Source: Octopus sinensis (Eukaryota). From it: a DNA stretch of 64,000 nt. Position numbers and translations under genes: made by a program. The notes under the pieces are model-generated. The model did no database searches. It saw nothing but the letters and a program-made list of their open reading frames with translations, and was not told the origin of the DNA. The DNA is taken from positions 93,372,001-93,436,000 of the forward strand of contig NC_043006.1 of assembly GCF_006345805.1 (NCBI RefSeq). The letters run 5' to 3'. Shown here piece by piece: positions 37,666-49,512 of the stretch. Position 1 is the stretch's first letter, and the number at the start of each line of letters is the position of its first letter.

Positions 37666-38657
37666 TACCATGAATACTATAATATTATAAATATTACTTG
37701 CGGTGGTAGAACAACTACATATTATTTGTAGTGGTAGAACAAATAAATATTTTACTGCATGTCAACACCTTCAACTGGTTTCAATTCCTGCGTCGTGGCT
37801 GATCTATTTTTGTTGTTTCTGCCTTATGAGTAAACATTGGGTGTTTTTCTTTTATATTATTTCTCATCTTTTCTCTTCTAAAACGCCAACGGAAAGTAAA
37901 ATTGCTAATATTTAGTAACAGAATTCTATTTCAACATTACACAAAACAGATCTCGACAGCTTTCTGAGTTCTAACGATGTAGGTATTCATTAAAGGTTTT
38001 TCTTTCTTGGTGGCAATAATTGCTAGTAAAAGACTAAGTGCCCGGTCGCTATCTTCTATTTTCACCAGATTACAATAATGCCAATTGTACAATCTCACAC
38101 GAGTTTGTAGCTTAAATATGTTTGTGTCTTAATCATCTACATCGATGTTTCTCAGTCAAGATTCTACACTTCACTTGAACTCTCCAGGTTCCGTAAGAAA
38201 TTGTGTTACATGGATGTTGTCCAGTGTAAATATCCAAAATATAGAATGATACTTCGTCTGAAGCGCAAAGCCTTTTCAGGACACACTACTAGAAGGAAAT
38301 GCATGGCACTTATGAAAGAAAAGTGAAATTGCATATAGACATAATGGGAGATAAGGGAAATCAGATGCAGTCGTCAAATATCGTCCAAAGCGAAAGTAAA
38401 TTTTATCTCAGTAGAGCAAAAAAATAATAAATAAATAAATAATTCATCTCTTCTAAATCTTTTAACGAAGACTGGAAGGAATGAAGATAGAAATCTTCCA
38501 CCAAGATTTGTTCAATCCATGCATTTTTTAATTATGACTCATATGATGATGGATTTAAGAGAGGAGAAAGAGTGTCACGCATTTGTATTCTCTCTCAATC
38601 TCTCTCTCTCTCAAATTATAAGCTATTTCGTAACAGATAGGAACTGGTATCTCGTCT

Positions 38658-38661
38658 CTTA

Positions 38662-38693
<32 letters not shown>

Positions 38694-38876
38694 ATAATAA
38701 TAATAATAGCACTACTACTACTACTACTACTTCAGACGTTAATGGTGGAAAGTGTGTAGTAGTAGTAGTAGTAGTAGTAGTACTGGTGGTGGTGGTGGTG
38801 GTGGTGGTAGTAGTAGTGGTGGTGATGGTGGTGGTGGTGGTGGTAGTAGTAGTGGTGGTGGTGGTGGTGGTGGTGC
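38658..38876. repeat. (TAC)n-(TAA)n-(TAC)n...(GTA)n-(GGT)n trinucleotide complex
   Basis: Direct reading; source of the poly-T/poly-V ORFs. Confidence 0.95.
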
Positions 38877-39629
38877 GGAGTATGGTTCGATTCACTATAT
38901 GTAAATGTCTTCGTAATAATGACCGTACGTAAATTAGTTTGTCAGAGAAACTTCAATACAACTCGGTGGCAACTAGCGAGATGATGGCTGGCGATAATAA
39001 TTTCATTCCGGTACATTAAAACTTCATATTTCTTTAAGTTAGTCTTCCTCTTTTTCCCTTTTCCTTCATCCCCCCTCTCCCTCTTGCTCTCTCTCTCTCT
39101 CTCTCATTCTGCATTTCGTGTCGAACTTTTCTCAATGCATATAAGCAAGTTTAGAAAGTAAGTCTACTTTCACATTAATTTTTGACCTCAGTGCTTAATC
39201 TGAAATAGTTGAGTATACCGTAGTCCATCACATCTCTTTCAAGTCAGTGATGTACCGTAAGCGAATGGCACTGTTGCAACAAACGTTCACTTCCTGTTTT
39301 GAAGCAAGACGTTCAGACATTTCATTTCTCAATTACAACAACTTGTTTCTCTGCCGTTGACATCAAAGACTAGAAAGATGACACCAAGCGCTTTGAGTTT
39401 ATGATTAATTATAGCGGATTATATCAATATCTACTCAGTAAAAGCAAAGCATCGCACGCTGAACAACTGATAATAGCATATTATATTCCGCACTGACATT
39501 TGCGATCTTCACCATTTTATCAGAATTCATGAAACGCAAACAAACTGAAAAGAAAACAGTATTGAGAGAAAGAGAGAGAGGAGGAGAAAAATAAAGAGGA
39601 AGAAACAAACTCGATACACCAGCAGAATA

Positions 39630-39630
39630 C

Positions 39631-39662
<32 letters not shown>

Positions 39663-39853
39663 ATATATATACACACATATATATATATACAAATATCTAT
39701 ACATATATATACACACACAAATATATATATATACATATGCCTATACAAATATATATATACATATACGTACATATATATATATTATACATATACATATATA
39801 TGCATATACATACATATATATATATATATACATGTATACACACACACACACAC

Positions 39854-39918
<65 letters not shown>

Positions 39919-39920
39919 TT
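39630..39920. repeat. (TG)n/(TA)n/(CA)n compound microsatellite
   Basis: Direct reading. Confidence 0.95.
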
Positions 39921-40479
39921 AGAGTATATGAAATACGTTTAATACAAATTTGATGAAGGATATGGAAAATACACGGCTTTGCATCGGACACAAACAATAA
40001 TGCTATCTAATTTAATGAGATCTTCAATGCTTCTTCCTTCCGGGAGATGAAATTAAACTTGTAGAAAGTAAACACCAAATTTTTTCAACTTGCCAGCTTT
40101 TATGTTTCGACGTAATTTGGGTTGAATGTATGCGTATATGGTTTGTACAAAATAGCATTTATATTTCTATAGGTGTAAATCAGTTTTATGGTTAAACGCA
40201 TATCAATGTATACTTTTTCAGCGAATGTACACACTCGTTAAGGTATAACATTTTCTCTATATATTGGCGTTAGTTTTTATTTGATTGTTATATATGTGAG
40301 GGTATTTGTATACATGTGTGCATGTATAAATGTCTTTGCATGAAAGCGAATATCTATCCCTACAGCTGTGATAATTTATTGTATATATATGTGATTATAT
40401 TGATGTGCACTAATTTATTTATGCAAGAGCAAATATACGTAGCAATGCAACTGCCTTTACGGTTTATGATAAATATTTA

Positions 40480-41770
40480 CGAGGGGCGTTCAATAAGTAA
40501 TGCCCCTGACCCACTTCCCATAGCAGTAGAGCAACGACACTTGGCACAGTTATTAGTCTTTTCCTACATAGGAGCTACCCAGAGTTACGCATTTCTACCA
40601 TCGTTTGATGCAGCTCTGGAGACCGTTTTTGTAGAAGACCCCAGCTTGGTCCTCCAACCTGAACGTGACTTCAGCAATCAAGGCTGCATCATCTGGGAAA
40701 CGCTTTCCTTTCAAAAACAACTTCATGACTGGGAAGAGGTGAAAATCAGAGGGTGCAAGGTCAGGAAAGTAGGGGGGATGGGGGAGGAGTTCATAGCCAT
40801 ACGCCTGTGCTTCTGATCTGGCGACAAGCGAGTTGTGGACCGGAGCGTTGTCCTGCAGGAGGAGGATGCCTTTGCTGATCTTTCCCCGCCTCTTGATTTT
40901 GATAACTTCTCTTAATTTCCTCAAAACTGAAGCATAATAGGCTCCTGTAATTGTGGTCCCCTTTGCCAGGAAATCTGTCATCACTACTCCGTCCTGGTCC
41001 CAGAAGACTGTGAGCATGACCTTGCCAGCCGAGGGCTACACCCTTACCTTCTTTGGAGGGGTGAGTCACGGTGCTTCCACTGCATTGACTGGGCTTTGGT
41101 CTCTGGATCATCGTGATGGACCCAGGTTTCATCCTGTGTAATCAGTCTTTTGAAAAATTTTGACTCATCTTCTTGGCACATCTCCCAATTCAGCCTCGAG
41201 CACTCGACGCGTTCTTGCTTCTGGAAAGGCGTGAGCAGCCTGGGGATCCATCTGGCAGACACCTTTTGCATATGCAAATGGTCATGAATGATAGTTTCCA
41301 CAGACCCGGTACTAATCTTGACCTGATGGGCTATTTGGCGAATAATTATGCGTCGATCTTCCAAAATGGCAGCCTCAACTTGACGGACAGATGCCTCATC
41401 AATGGCAGAAGGGGGTGACCAGATCTGGGAGCTGTTTCCACAGAGTTCCGACCATGTTTGAATTCACGATCCCAGCGTTTTACAAGGTCATATGATGGGG
41501 CATCATCACCATAAGTTACTTTCATTTCATCAAAAGTCTCCCGTGGTGTGCGTCCTTTCAAATACAAAAACCGGATCACTGCTCGACACTCAACAGGCTC
41601 CATTTCACACTTGACTTGGTTCAAACACCTGTAAATCAGACACCACAAATAATTCAGAGCTGTAATTTGCCACTTACTCTATAGAGATATAAATGATTGC
41701 ACATGCAGACTTTCAGCTAAATCAAACAACTGCAAGTGGGTCAGGGGCATTACTTATTGAACGTCCCTCG
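40480..41770 (-). mobile_element. Complete mariner DNA transposon, 1291 bp
   Basis: 37-bp TIRs (40480-40516, 41734-41770; 1 mismatch) flanked by TA on both sides. Confidence 0.95.
40553..41603 (-). pseudogene. Mariner DD34D transposase, disrupted
   Basis: HTH MEPVECRAVIRFL, WIPRLLT, ITQDETW, LQDNAP-(34 aa)-PDLAPSD; frameshifts and a premature stop at 40595. Confidence 0.92.
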
Positions 41771-43084
41771 TATCAACTTTTATACGCGTGTGTACTTGTA
41801 CAGCCTTTTACTTCCTTTAATTAGCAGTAGGGTATTGATGTTTATAGATTTGTAAGTCTATATTATAATATCTTTAATTTAAAAGAATATGAGGATATTA
41901 CGTACAGCTGATTTGGTGTGTGAATGTGTGTGTCCATATGCCTGCGTGCGGTTTTATTTGAGTGTGTGAATGTGTGTGTGTGTGCGCGTGCGTGCGTGCG
42001 TGTGTGTGTGTGTGGTGCGTTTTCTGATTTTGCATTAGCATTCAAGGACATTACTTTGATTTCAAATCTATGCGCCTTTATGCGATTCTATAGTTTCATA
42101 TTGGCAGCACGTTTCAAGGTTCTATCGTTATATATATTTTAAGTTCCTATGGAGTCACAAGTAGACAGCCTTTTGGCTTCTGACTCAGCAGAGCATCCAG
42201 GACGTTACAACTGAAGGGAAACAACTTAGCACCAGCATCCGATTGGAAGATATCTGCTCAAGAATAGAGAGGCGCACCGAGCGGTGAAGTGCCTTGCTTA
42301 AGGATACAACACTCTGCCCGGTCCTAGATTTGAGCAAGCAATCATAGGTTTATAAAGCAAACAGCTTAAACACAAGACCAAGTGCCTTCCCAAGAGAATT
42401 CTGCGTCTCCAGTTTTGCAATGTATTAATATGTCGTTGTGAAAACCTCTCTTTGTTATATTTGGTATTTAAATCATAACCCCCTTGAGGTATTTTCCTCT
42501 TCCTTCATCCTCTGCAAGATAAAACGGCAAAGTTCTTATAGCATTGTTGACAGCTTCACTGATGATATACACATATAATCCGGCATTCTGCAACCGATGG
42601 TATTCTCATTGCTTTTACATATATTTAGTTGTTAAACTATCTTTTGCTAGAAATGATGTTTTTCTTCATATTCCTATATTTCTTTATTATATTACTTGTA
42701 GCATTTTCATTTAAGTCTCACAGTTTGCTGTTGGTTACTTTATAACGAAAAGAAAAAGTTGCTATTAAGAAATATCGAAGCGTCGACTGAGTTGCTATTT
42801 TGAAAATGAACGAAATCTCGAACACAGGAGAATAGCAGTGAAAACAGCTTCGAGGATCGGGTAAAATACACTTATAGACGGAAAAAACGCACTGTTGGAA
42901 CCTTCATATATACTACAGGCACAATGCGTGCACTTTTAAAGACGTCAACTAGTGACAGAGAAAAGTGCTTGGAACATCTTCCTCGTCCTTTCTTTCTTCC
43001 TTTATTCCTTTGACCAGTACCATTCTCCTCCTCCTAACATACATATCGATTCTCTTCTCTCTATCTACTGACCCCTACCAGTAC

Positions 43085-43470
43085 ATTCTCAAAATTTCAT
43101 TCACACTTCAAGATCCCTCTGAATGAACAGCGCATGGAATTATTGTCTTCGACGTATCCATTTGTAATAACAAAATATGAACACTTGTCGGAGTTTACAT
43201 ACCATAGACAAGAAGTATTTCTACCCATTCTACACAGCACTTTCCTTGGATAATGTAACTGCAACCGTAACATCCAACATATATTTTTATTCTCTTATTT
43301 CCCTTTATTTTCCCTATCTCTCTCCCTTTCCAAAATAATTTTTTACTTTGAACTCTACTATTTAACTCTCTCACATCGTCTCTGATGAAGTGATATCCCT
43401 CATATCCCTGAAACAGCTGTAAGACTACATTTCTCTTTTTAATTGTCCTAAAAATTTCACACCGCCTTGG
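43085..43470 (+). mobile_element. Penelope-like element remnant (RT tail + pLTR-like region)
   Basis: Degenerate FDVSICNNKI / DKKY..FY near 43145-43235 followed by a minimal hammerhead, typical of PLE pLTRs. Confidence 0.5.
43378..43425 (+). ncRNA. Minimal type I hammerhead ribozyme
   Basis: Stem I GTCT/AGAC; core CTGATGA 43382-88; stem II 43389-43409 (7/8 pairs); GAAA 43410-13; palindromic stem III ACAGCTGT; GTA cleavage triplet 43419-21. Confidence 0.75.
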
Positions 43471-45439
43471 CTTTGTTGTCTCATTTTATTTAAGACACAC
43501 ACACACATATGTATGTGTCTATATATGTATATATGTATGTGCGTGTACATATGTATGTGTGTATATATGTATATATGTGTGTGTGCGTGTCTGTATTTAT
43601 GCGTGTATATATGTATATATGTATACATGTATGTGTGCTGTATATGTGTGTATGTCTATATAAGTATGTGTGTGTATCCTCGTGTTTGTATCCTCCTTCT
43701 GTATTAATTTGTTTATGTCCCCACAACTTAGTGATTCGGCAAAAAAAGTCGACATAATAATGACTAAACTTTATAAGAGCCACATATTTTTGTTCCGTTA
43801 CTTTTCCTGTTTCTGCGGTTGTTAGTCCTCACCAATATTATTTCTGCTGGTTACGATTACATAATTATTGAGATGCGCGACACTGCTGAGATCTTCGTGC
43901 TGACTACACACATAATTGTTTGTGCCATTCTTTTCGACGTTGAGAACATTCATCACAAGTGACGGGACTTCCTTGTTCGATGCATTACTGCACAGATTTG
44001 TAATTCACCTGTCACGATAATCGATTCTCTACGCTCACTTTCTGGCTTCTGGTCACTCAATTCAACGATCATCCAATATAGCGAATCCGTTTACCCTTTT
44101 CCTGGGTGTATTTTAGATGGATGATTAAAACAACAACTACGGAAGATGAACGCATTAAATATAGTTAACTCCTTTATCTTTCGTTGTAGCATTCGATCTC
44201 TGCCTAATTTAAATTCGACGTTTTGGCAAGTCAAATCTCAATGCATGTAAATCCACTGACGATAACGACAATACAGGAATTCACAAATGGCAAAATAGGA
44301 ATTCATCTACCATATACACTTCCTTTAAAATGTTCTTTCTATCTCTGAATAGCATGTTGATATTATAGCATTGTATACTATAGCACTGGAGTGCGATTTA
44401 TAAAATAGCTAAGAATAAGCTGCATTGAAGATTTATGATGTAAAACTGTAAACTCTGAAATGTGGAAGTGTCACCAGTCTAAATAGCAGGCTTACTTCAA
44501 CAGGGGAAGCTACCTAATCCCGTTTTTTATTGATCCATATAAACATGAGGTCCTTTTGTGAGGAAGAATATCGAGCACTCCAGTGTTAGTAATTAAGTCA
44601 TTTATTTTGACAATTGGGATTGAATATTAATTTAATCTACAGTTTCGTATATGTGTAATCACAATAAATATACTTTCTAAATACGAACTGTTGAAGACTA
44701 ATAATTAAGAAGTTTGTTTTGCAATTATGAGACCGCAAGTTCTGTCCCTGCATTCGTCTACTAAAGTCTCTGGGCAAGGTCTTGTCAGTGAAATTAATCT
44801 GACGGAAACTGTGTGGAAACCCGCTTGGCGCTTCAGTATTCTAACTCGAACGGTCCGTTTTGTTACACCAGTTAGTCATGCTGATTCTGTGTGAGGATGT
44901 AGTCACGCTTACATACACACACGGAATACTCAGCCATTTATTTTATAAGTCAATCAGTATATGGCACCATCGATGAAACAACTAGGATAGTTATTGTGGA
45001 AAGCGGCTGAAGATCCATATAGCACCAACAAGGGTTTCTTCGGAACTCGTTTCTAATTATGTCTATTTATAATTATTGTTGCTGACGATAATTACAACTT
45101 CAATGACGACAACATCAAGAAGGAGATAATGAGATTTGCTTCAACAAGCAATACTGTTTGACTGTTAAAGTTAAAGTTATGGATGTAGAACCAATCATAA
45201 TCAGTTGTTAGCATGAAGTAGTTGCAAAAATATTTCAATAGAAACTTTCTTGGATTTCCAATAATGTCCTTAATTCAAATTAACTGAAGCAGTAATTAGC
45301 AGTAATTGTAAAAGAGAAAGATGTAGTTATAAAACGCCTGCATACATTCAAATGTATGTGTGTGTATATATTTCTATATGCATGTATATACAGAGCTATA
45401 TATGTATGGATGGACGGATGGGTATATACGATATATTTT

Positions 45440-45660
45440 ATCTTTTACTTGTTTCAGTTTTTAAACTGTGGCCATGTTGGGGCATCGCCTTGAAGAATCT
45501 TAGTCGACCGAATCGACTATAGCAGAGTTTTTGAAAGTCTAGTATTTATTTTATCGTCTCTTTTTTAACGAACCGCTTAGTTACAGCGACATAAAGACAC
45601 GAAAACCGGATTCAAGCAGTAGTGGAGGACAAACACAAACTCGAACACACACACACACAC
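45440..45660 (-). mobile_element. SINE 3' half (second family) abutting cluster 2
   Basis: ATCTTTTACTTGTTTCAG...GGCCATGTTGGGGCATCGCCTTGAAG...GAACCGCTTAGTTAC. Confidence 0.7.
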
Positions 45661-45688
45661 ACACCCACACAGAGTCATATATATATAT

Positions 45689-45689
<1 letters not shown>

Positions 45690-45748
<59 letters not shown>

Positions 45749-45947
45749 GTAGATAGATAGATAGGTAGGTAGGTAGGTAGATAGATAGGTAGGTAGGTAG
45801 GTAGATAGATAGGTAGGTAGGTAGGTAGATAGATAGGTAGGTAGGTAGGTAGATAGATAGATAGATAGATAGGTAGATAGATAGATAGGTAGGTAGGTAG
45901 GTAGATAGATAGGTAGGTAGGTAGGTAGGTAGATAGATAGATAGATA
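45690..45947 (+). repeat. (GATA)n/(GGTA)n tract
   Basis: Direct reading. Confidence 0.95.
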
Positions 45948-46270
45948 TGTTTCTTTATTAGCCACACAGGGCTGCACACAGATAGAACAAATTACAAGGT
46001 AGAGCTTTTCTTTTGAAGGTATTAAAAAAAAAAAAAAAAAAGAAAGGGGGAGGTTCGATCAAAAGGGATCGTAAAGGAGAGAAAGAGACAAAAAAGGGGG
46101 GTTAAAAAAAAAAAAAAAAAAAAAGGGGGGGGAGAGGAAAAAAAATGATCAATAGGGATCGTTATCACAGAAATGTCAATATGAAGTGTAAGGGGAGGAC
46201 AGGTGAGGTTTACCCGTGAAAGAAAGCCTGCGGAAAAGACCACGGTAACCTCGGTCAATGAAGTCACATT

Positions 46271-46302
<32 letters not shown>

Positions 46303-48920
46303 GCAAATAAGCAACTCTCTGTTTTCGATTTCTGGGTTCATAGGACTATGCTCAAGGTGGCTTCGTCATTCATACGTGCCATTCTTGCTACATTCACCCA
46401 TCTTTTTTTAAAACATTCGCTAGACAAAACTTGCCTCTCTACTCTCACTTTCCTTTTCAAGTGGTACTTGAAGAAGTTGATGAGAGATTGACCAGAGAGG
46501 AAAGTGTTTGTCTCCAATCCTTTCAGACGCGTCCACCAGATACATTCTTTCGCCATAGCCACAAGGATGATGAAAATAGCTCTTCCTTCCCGTTTGAAGG
46601 AAGGAGGCGTGACAATATTGACGATAGACTCAGCTGATAAACCGACTCGTCCCACACGTGACAGCAGTTGTTCGACATAAGCCCACAGGTCGGAAATTGT
46701 TGGACACTGAACGAGTGCGTGCAGAACGGTTTCGTCGCTCTGACCGCATCTCGGGCAGGTCGGCCCCGTGTTTCTCGAGCCGTGTCTGTAGAGCTTATCC
46801 CGAACGGGTAGCGCTTCTCGGTAGCACTGCCAGGCCAGGGATCTCTGGAAGTTGTCCATGGGCCCTGGCCCGAAAGTCGTCCCGAACAGGCGGGTCAGGT
46901 ACTCCTCGCCGACGTCCAGGTTCGCCCCGAGCTCGTCGTCGTACCTCCCCTCCACTAAACCCCTATAGAATGCTTTGGTTGTGTTGAAGTCACTTAAGGT
47001 CGACCCAGGACGGCAGAGTTGCTTGAGAGCAACGCGACACTCGCGGTGCCATTCGCCCTTCCTCGGCCTCTTTTTGATCCACGACTGCAGTTCGGTCATG
47101 GAGACGAGCTGCGGGAAAGCGTGCCTCACAAACGGCGACCACACCTGTTCACCGTCGTCTACATAGAGCCAGAGATGTCGCAGTCTCAGCGCGTGTCTGC
47201 GCATCATCAACCACGGCATGCCCAGCCCTCCTTTTAACGGGTGTTGACAGCAAATGGATCGCCTGACCATCGGGACGCATCCTTTCCACAAGAAGCGAAA
47301 GAGGATGCGTTGTAGTTTGGTGATGGTAGGGTCGGGACAAGGTACGACGGTCAGGCGGTAGTAGATGACGGACGCGATGTACGTGTTCGCCACCTCCGCT
47401 CGACCTTTTAGGGACAGTTTCCTCTCGGCCCATTGCCGGGCGAGAGTGACCACCCTACTCGTTATCTCGTTCCAGTTCTTCTCCACTTGGAGGTCCGGAC
47501 CAAACCAGACCCCGAGCAACTCAACGGGCCGTCGGTCCAGCGTCCCACGACGGAGGCGCTGGTGGACGGCATGGGCTTGCTTCTCCAGGTGCCTAGTCGC
47601 AAGCCCACTGACTTTTCCCGGTTGATTTTCGCTCCTGTCACCGCTTCGTAGTTTTTCAGTGTCTCACCGACCAGCTCGATGTGCTCGTGGCTAGACACTA
47701 TGACGGTGACGTCGTCCGCGTATGCAGACACGCTCGTCCCGCATCCCAATTCTCGCGGGATGCCCCTTAGAGTCGCCAGCTTCCGCAGTAGTGGCTCAAG
47801 AGTCAATACGTATAGAAGCGCCGAGAGGGGGCATCCCTGACGGACCGAACGTGCAATGTCGAAAGGTCTCGATAGATGTCCATTTACGCGAACTACCGAG
47901 CGGATGCCTCTGTACAAGGCAGCTATCCAGCCGCGGAAGACGGGACCGAAACCAGCCGCTCTCAGGACTGCCTCCAAGTATCGATGGTCTACCCTATCAA
48001 AGGCTTTCGATTGATCCAAGTTGATCAGGGCCCCACCCATGCCAGGTTCGTTAACTACCCTGTCTATGATGTAGCGCATCAGATGGAGGTTGTCATGGAT
48101 GGTCCGGCCTGGCACGGCGCATGTTTGCGCCTTGTCGACCAGTTTTCTCGATGACAAGCGCCACCTCTTGGCTAGCACCTTGGCCAAAATTTTCAAGTCT
48201 GCATTAAGCAGAGTGATGGGCCTAAAGTTATCTATTACATTTCCCTTGTTTAGATCTTTCTTCAGCAGTGTTACGGCTCCTCGGCTCACAAACCAGGAAT
48301 GCTCCCGTTTTGCTGCCAGTTGCAGTACACCGCCGCCAAGAGATCTCCAAACGAGTCTGGCATACAATTGTAAAGCTCGTAGGGTAGACCATCCAAACCC
48401 GGTGATTTGTCCCTCGAGCATTCTGCCATCGCTTCCCGCACTTCCGCCGCCGTGATGGCACCTTCGCAGCACCCTGCCTTTCTTGTCGAGAGTCGTGGTA
48501 GGCTATGTAGGTAGGCACTGAAGTCCACCCTACGTTCTTGCCCTCCACTCGTTCCGAACAGTCGGGCAAAATGTTGCTGAAAGCCCTCACACATTTTATT
48601 TGGCTCGAGCAATTCGCGCCCCTGTTCATCTACCAGTGACCGAATGGTGGCTTTGTTGCCCTGTTGCGCCTCTGCCACCCGGGCCTCTCTCGCGGCTCCA
48701 ACACCTTCGTTCCTTAGAGCACGCATCCTAGCTCTGACAGCACATCCTTCGTGTTTGGCGTTGAAGTGTTGGTCGAGGGCCAACCTCGCCGCCAAAACGT
48801 CGGATGCGATGCCGCTTCTAATTGCCTCTTCTAGCTTCTTAACTAGCTCACCCTCTACTCTATTTCTATCTATGGCTAGTGCTTTGCTGTACCTAATCGC
48901 TTCTGCTTTTACTGCTCTCT

Positions 48921-48921
<1 letters not shown>
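45948..48921 (-). mobile_element. Tx1-like LINE copy 3 (A-type), 5'-truncated ~2.97 kb
   Basis: 3'UTR + RT/C-terminal ORF2 (stop 46338); truncated in the EN-RT linker and fused to (GATA)n. Confidence 0.95.
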
Positions 48922-48955
<34 letters not shown>

Positions 48956-48992
48956 GTAGATAGATAGATAGGTAGGTAGGTAGGTAGGTAGG

Positions 48993-49039
<47 letters not shown>

Positions 49040-49078
49040 GTAGATAGATAGATAGGTAGGTAGGTAGGTAGGTAGATA
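48922..49078 (+). repeat. (GATA)n/(GGTA)n tract
   Basis: Direct reading. Confidence 0.95.
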
Positions 49079-49446
49079 TGTTTCTTTATTAGCCACACAG
49101 GGCTGCACACAGATAGAACAAATTACAAGGTAGAGCTTTTCTTTTGAAGGTTTAAAAAAAATAAAGAATAAAAAAAAATTTTAAAAAAATAAAAAATAAG
49201 AAAAAAATAAAATAAAATAAAATTAAATAAAAAAAGGGGGGGTCGATCAAAAGGGATCGTAAAGGAGAGAAAGAGGACAAAAAAAAAGGGGGGTTAAAAA
49301 AAAAGGGGAGAGGAAAAAATTGATCAATAGGGATCGTTATCACAGAAATATCAATATGAAGTGTAAAGGGGGGGACAGGTGAGGTTTACCCGTGGAAAGA
49401 AAAGCCTACGGAAAAGACCACGGTAACCGGTCAATGAAGTCACATG

Positions 49447-49477
<31 letters not shown>

Positions 49478-49512
49478 GCAAATAAGCAACTCTCTGTATT
49501 AATTTCTACGGT

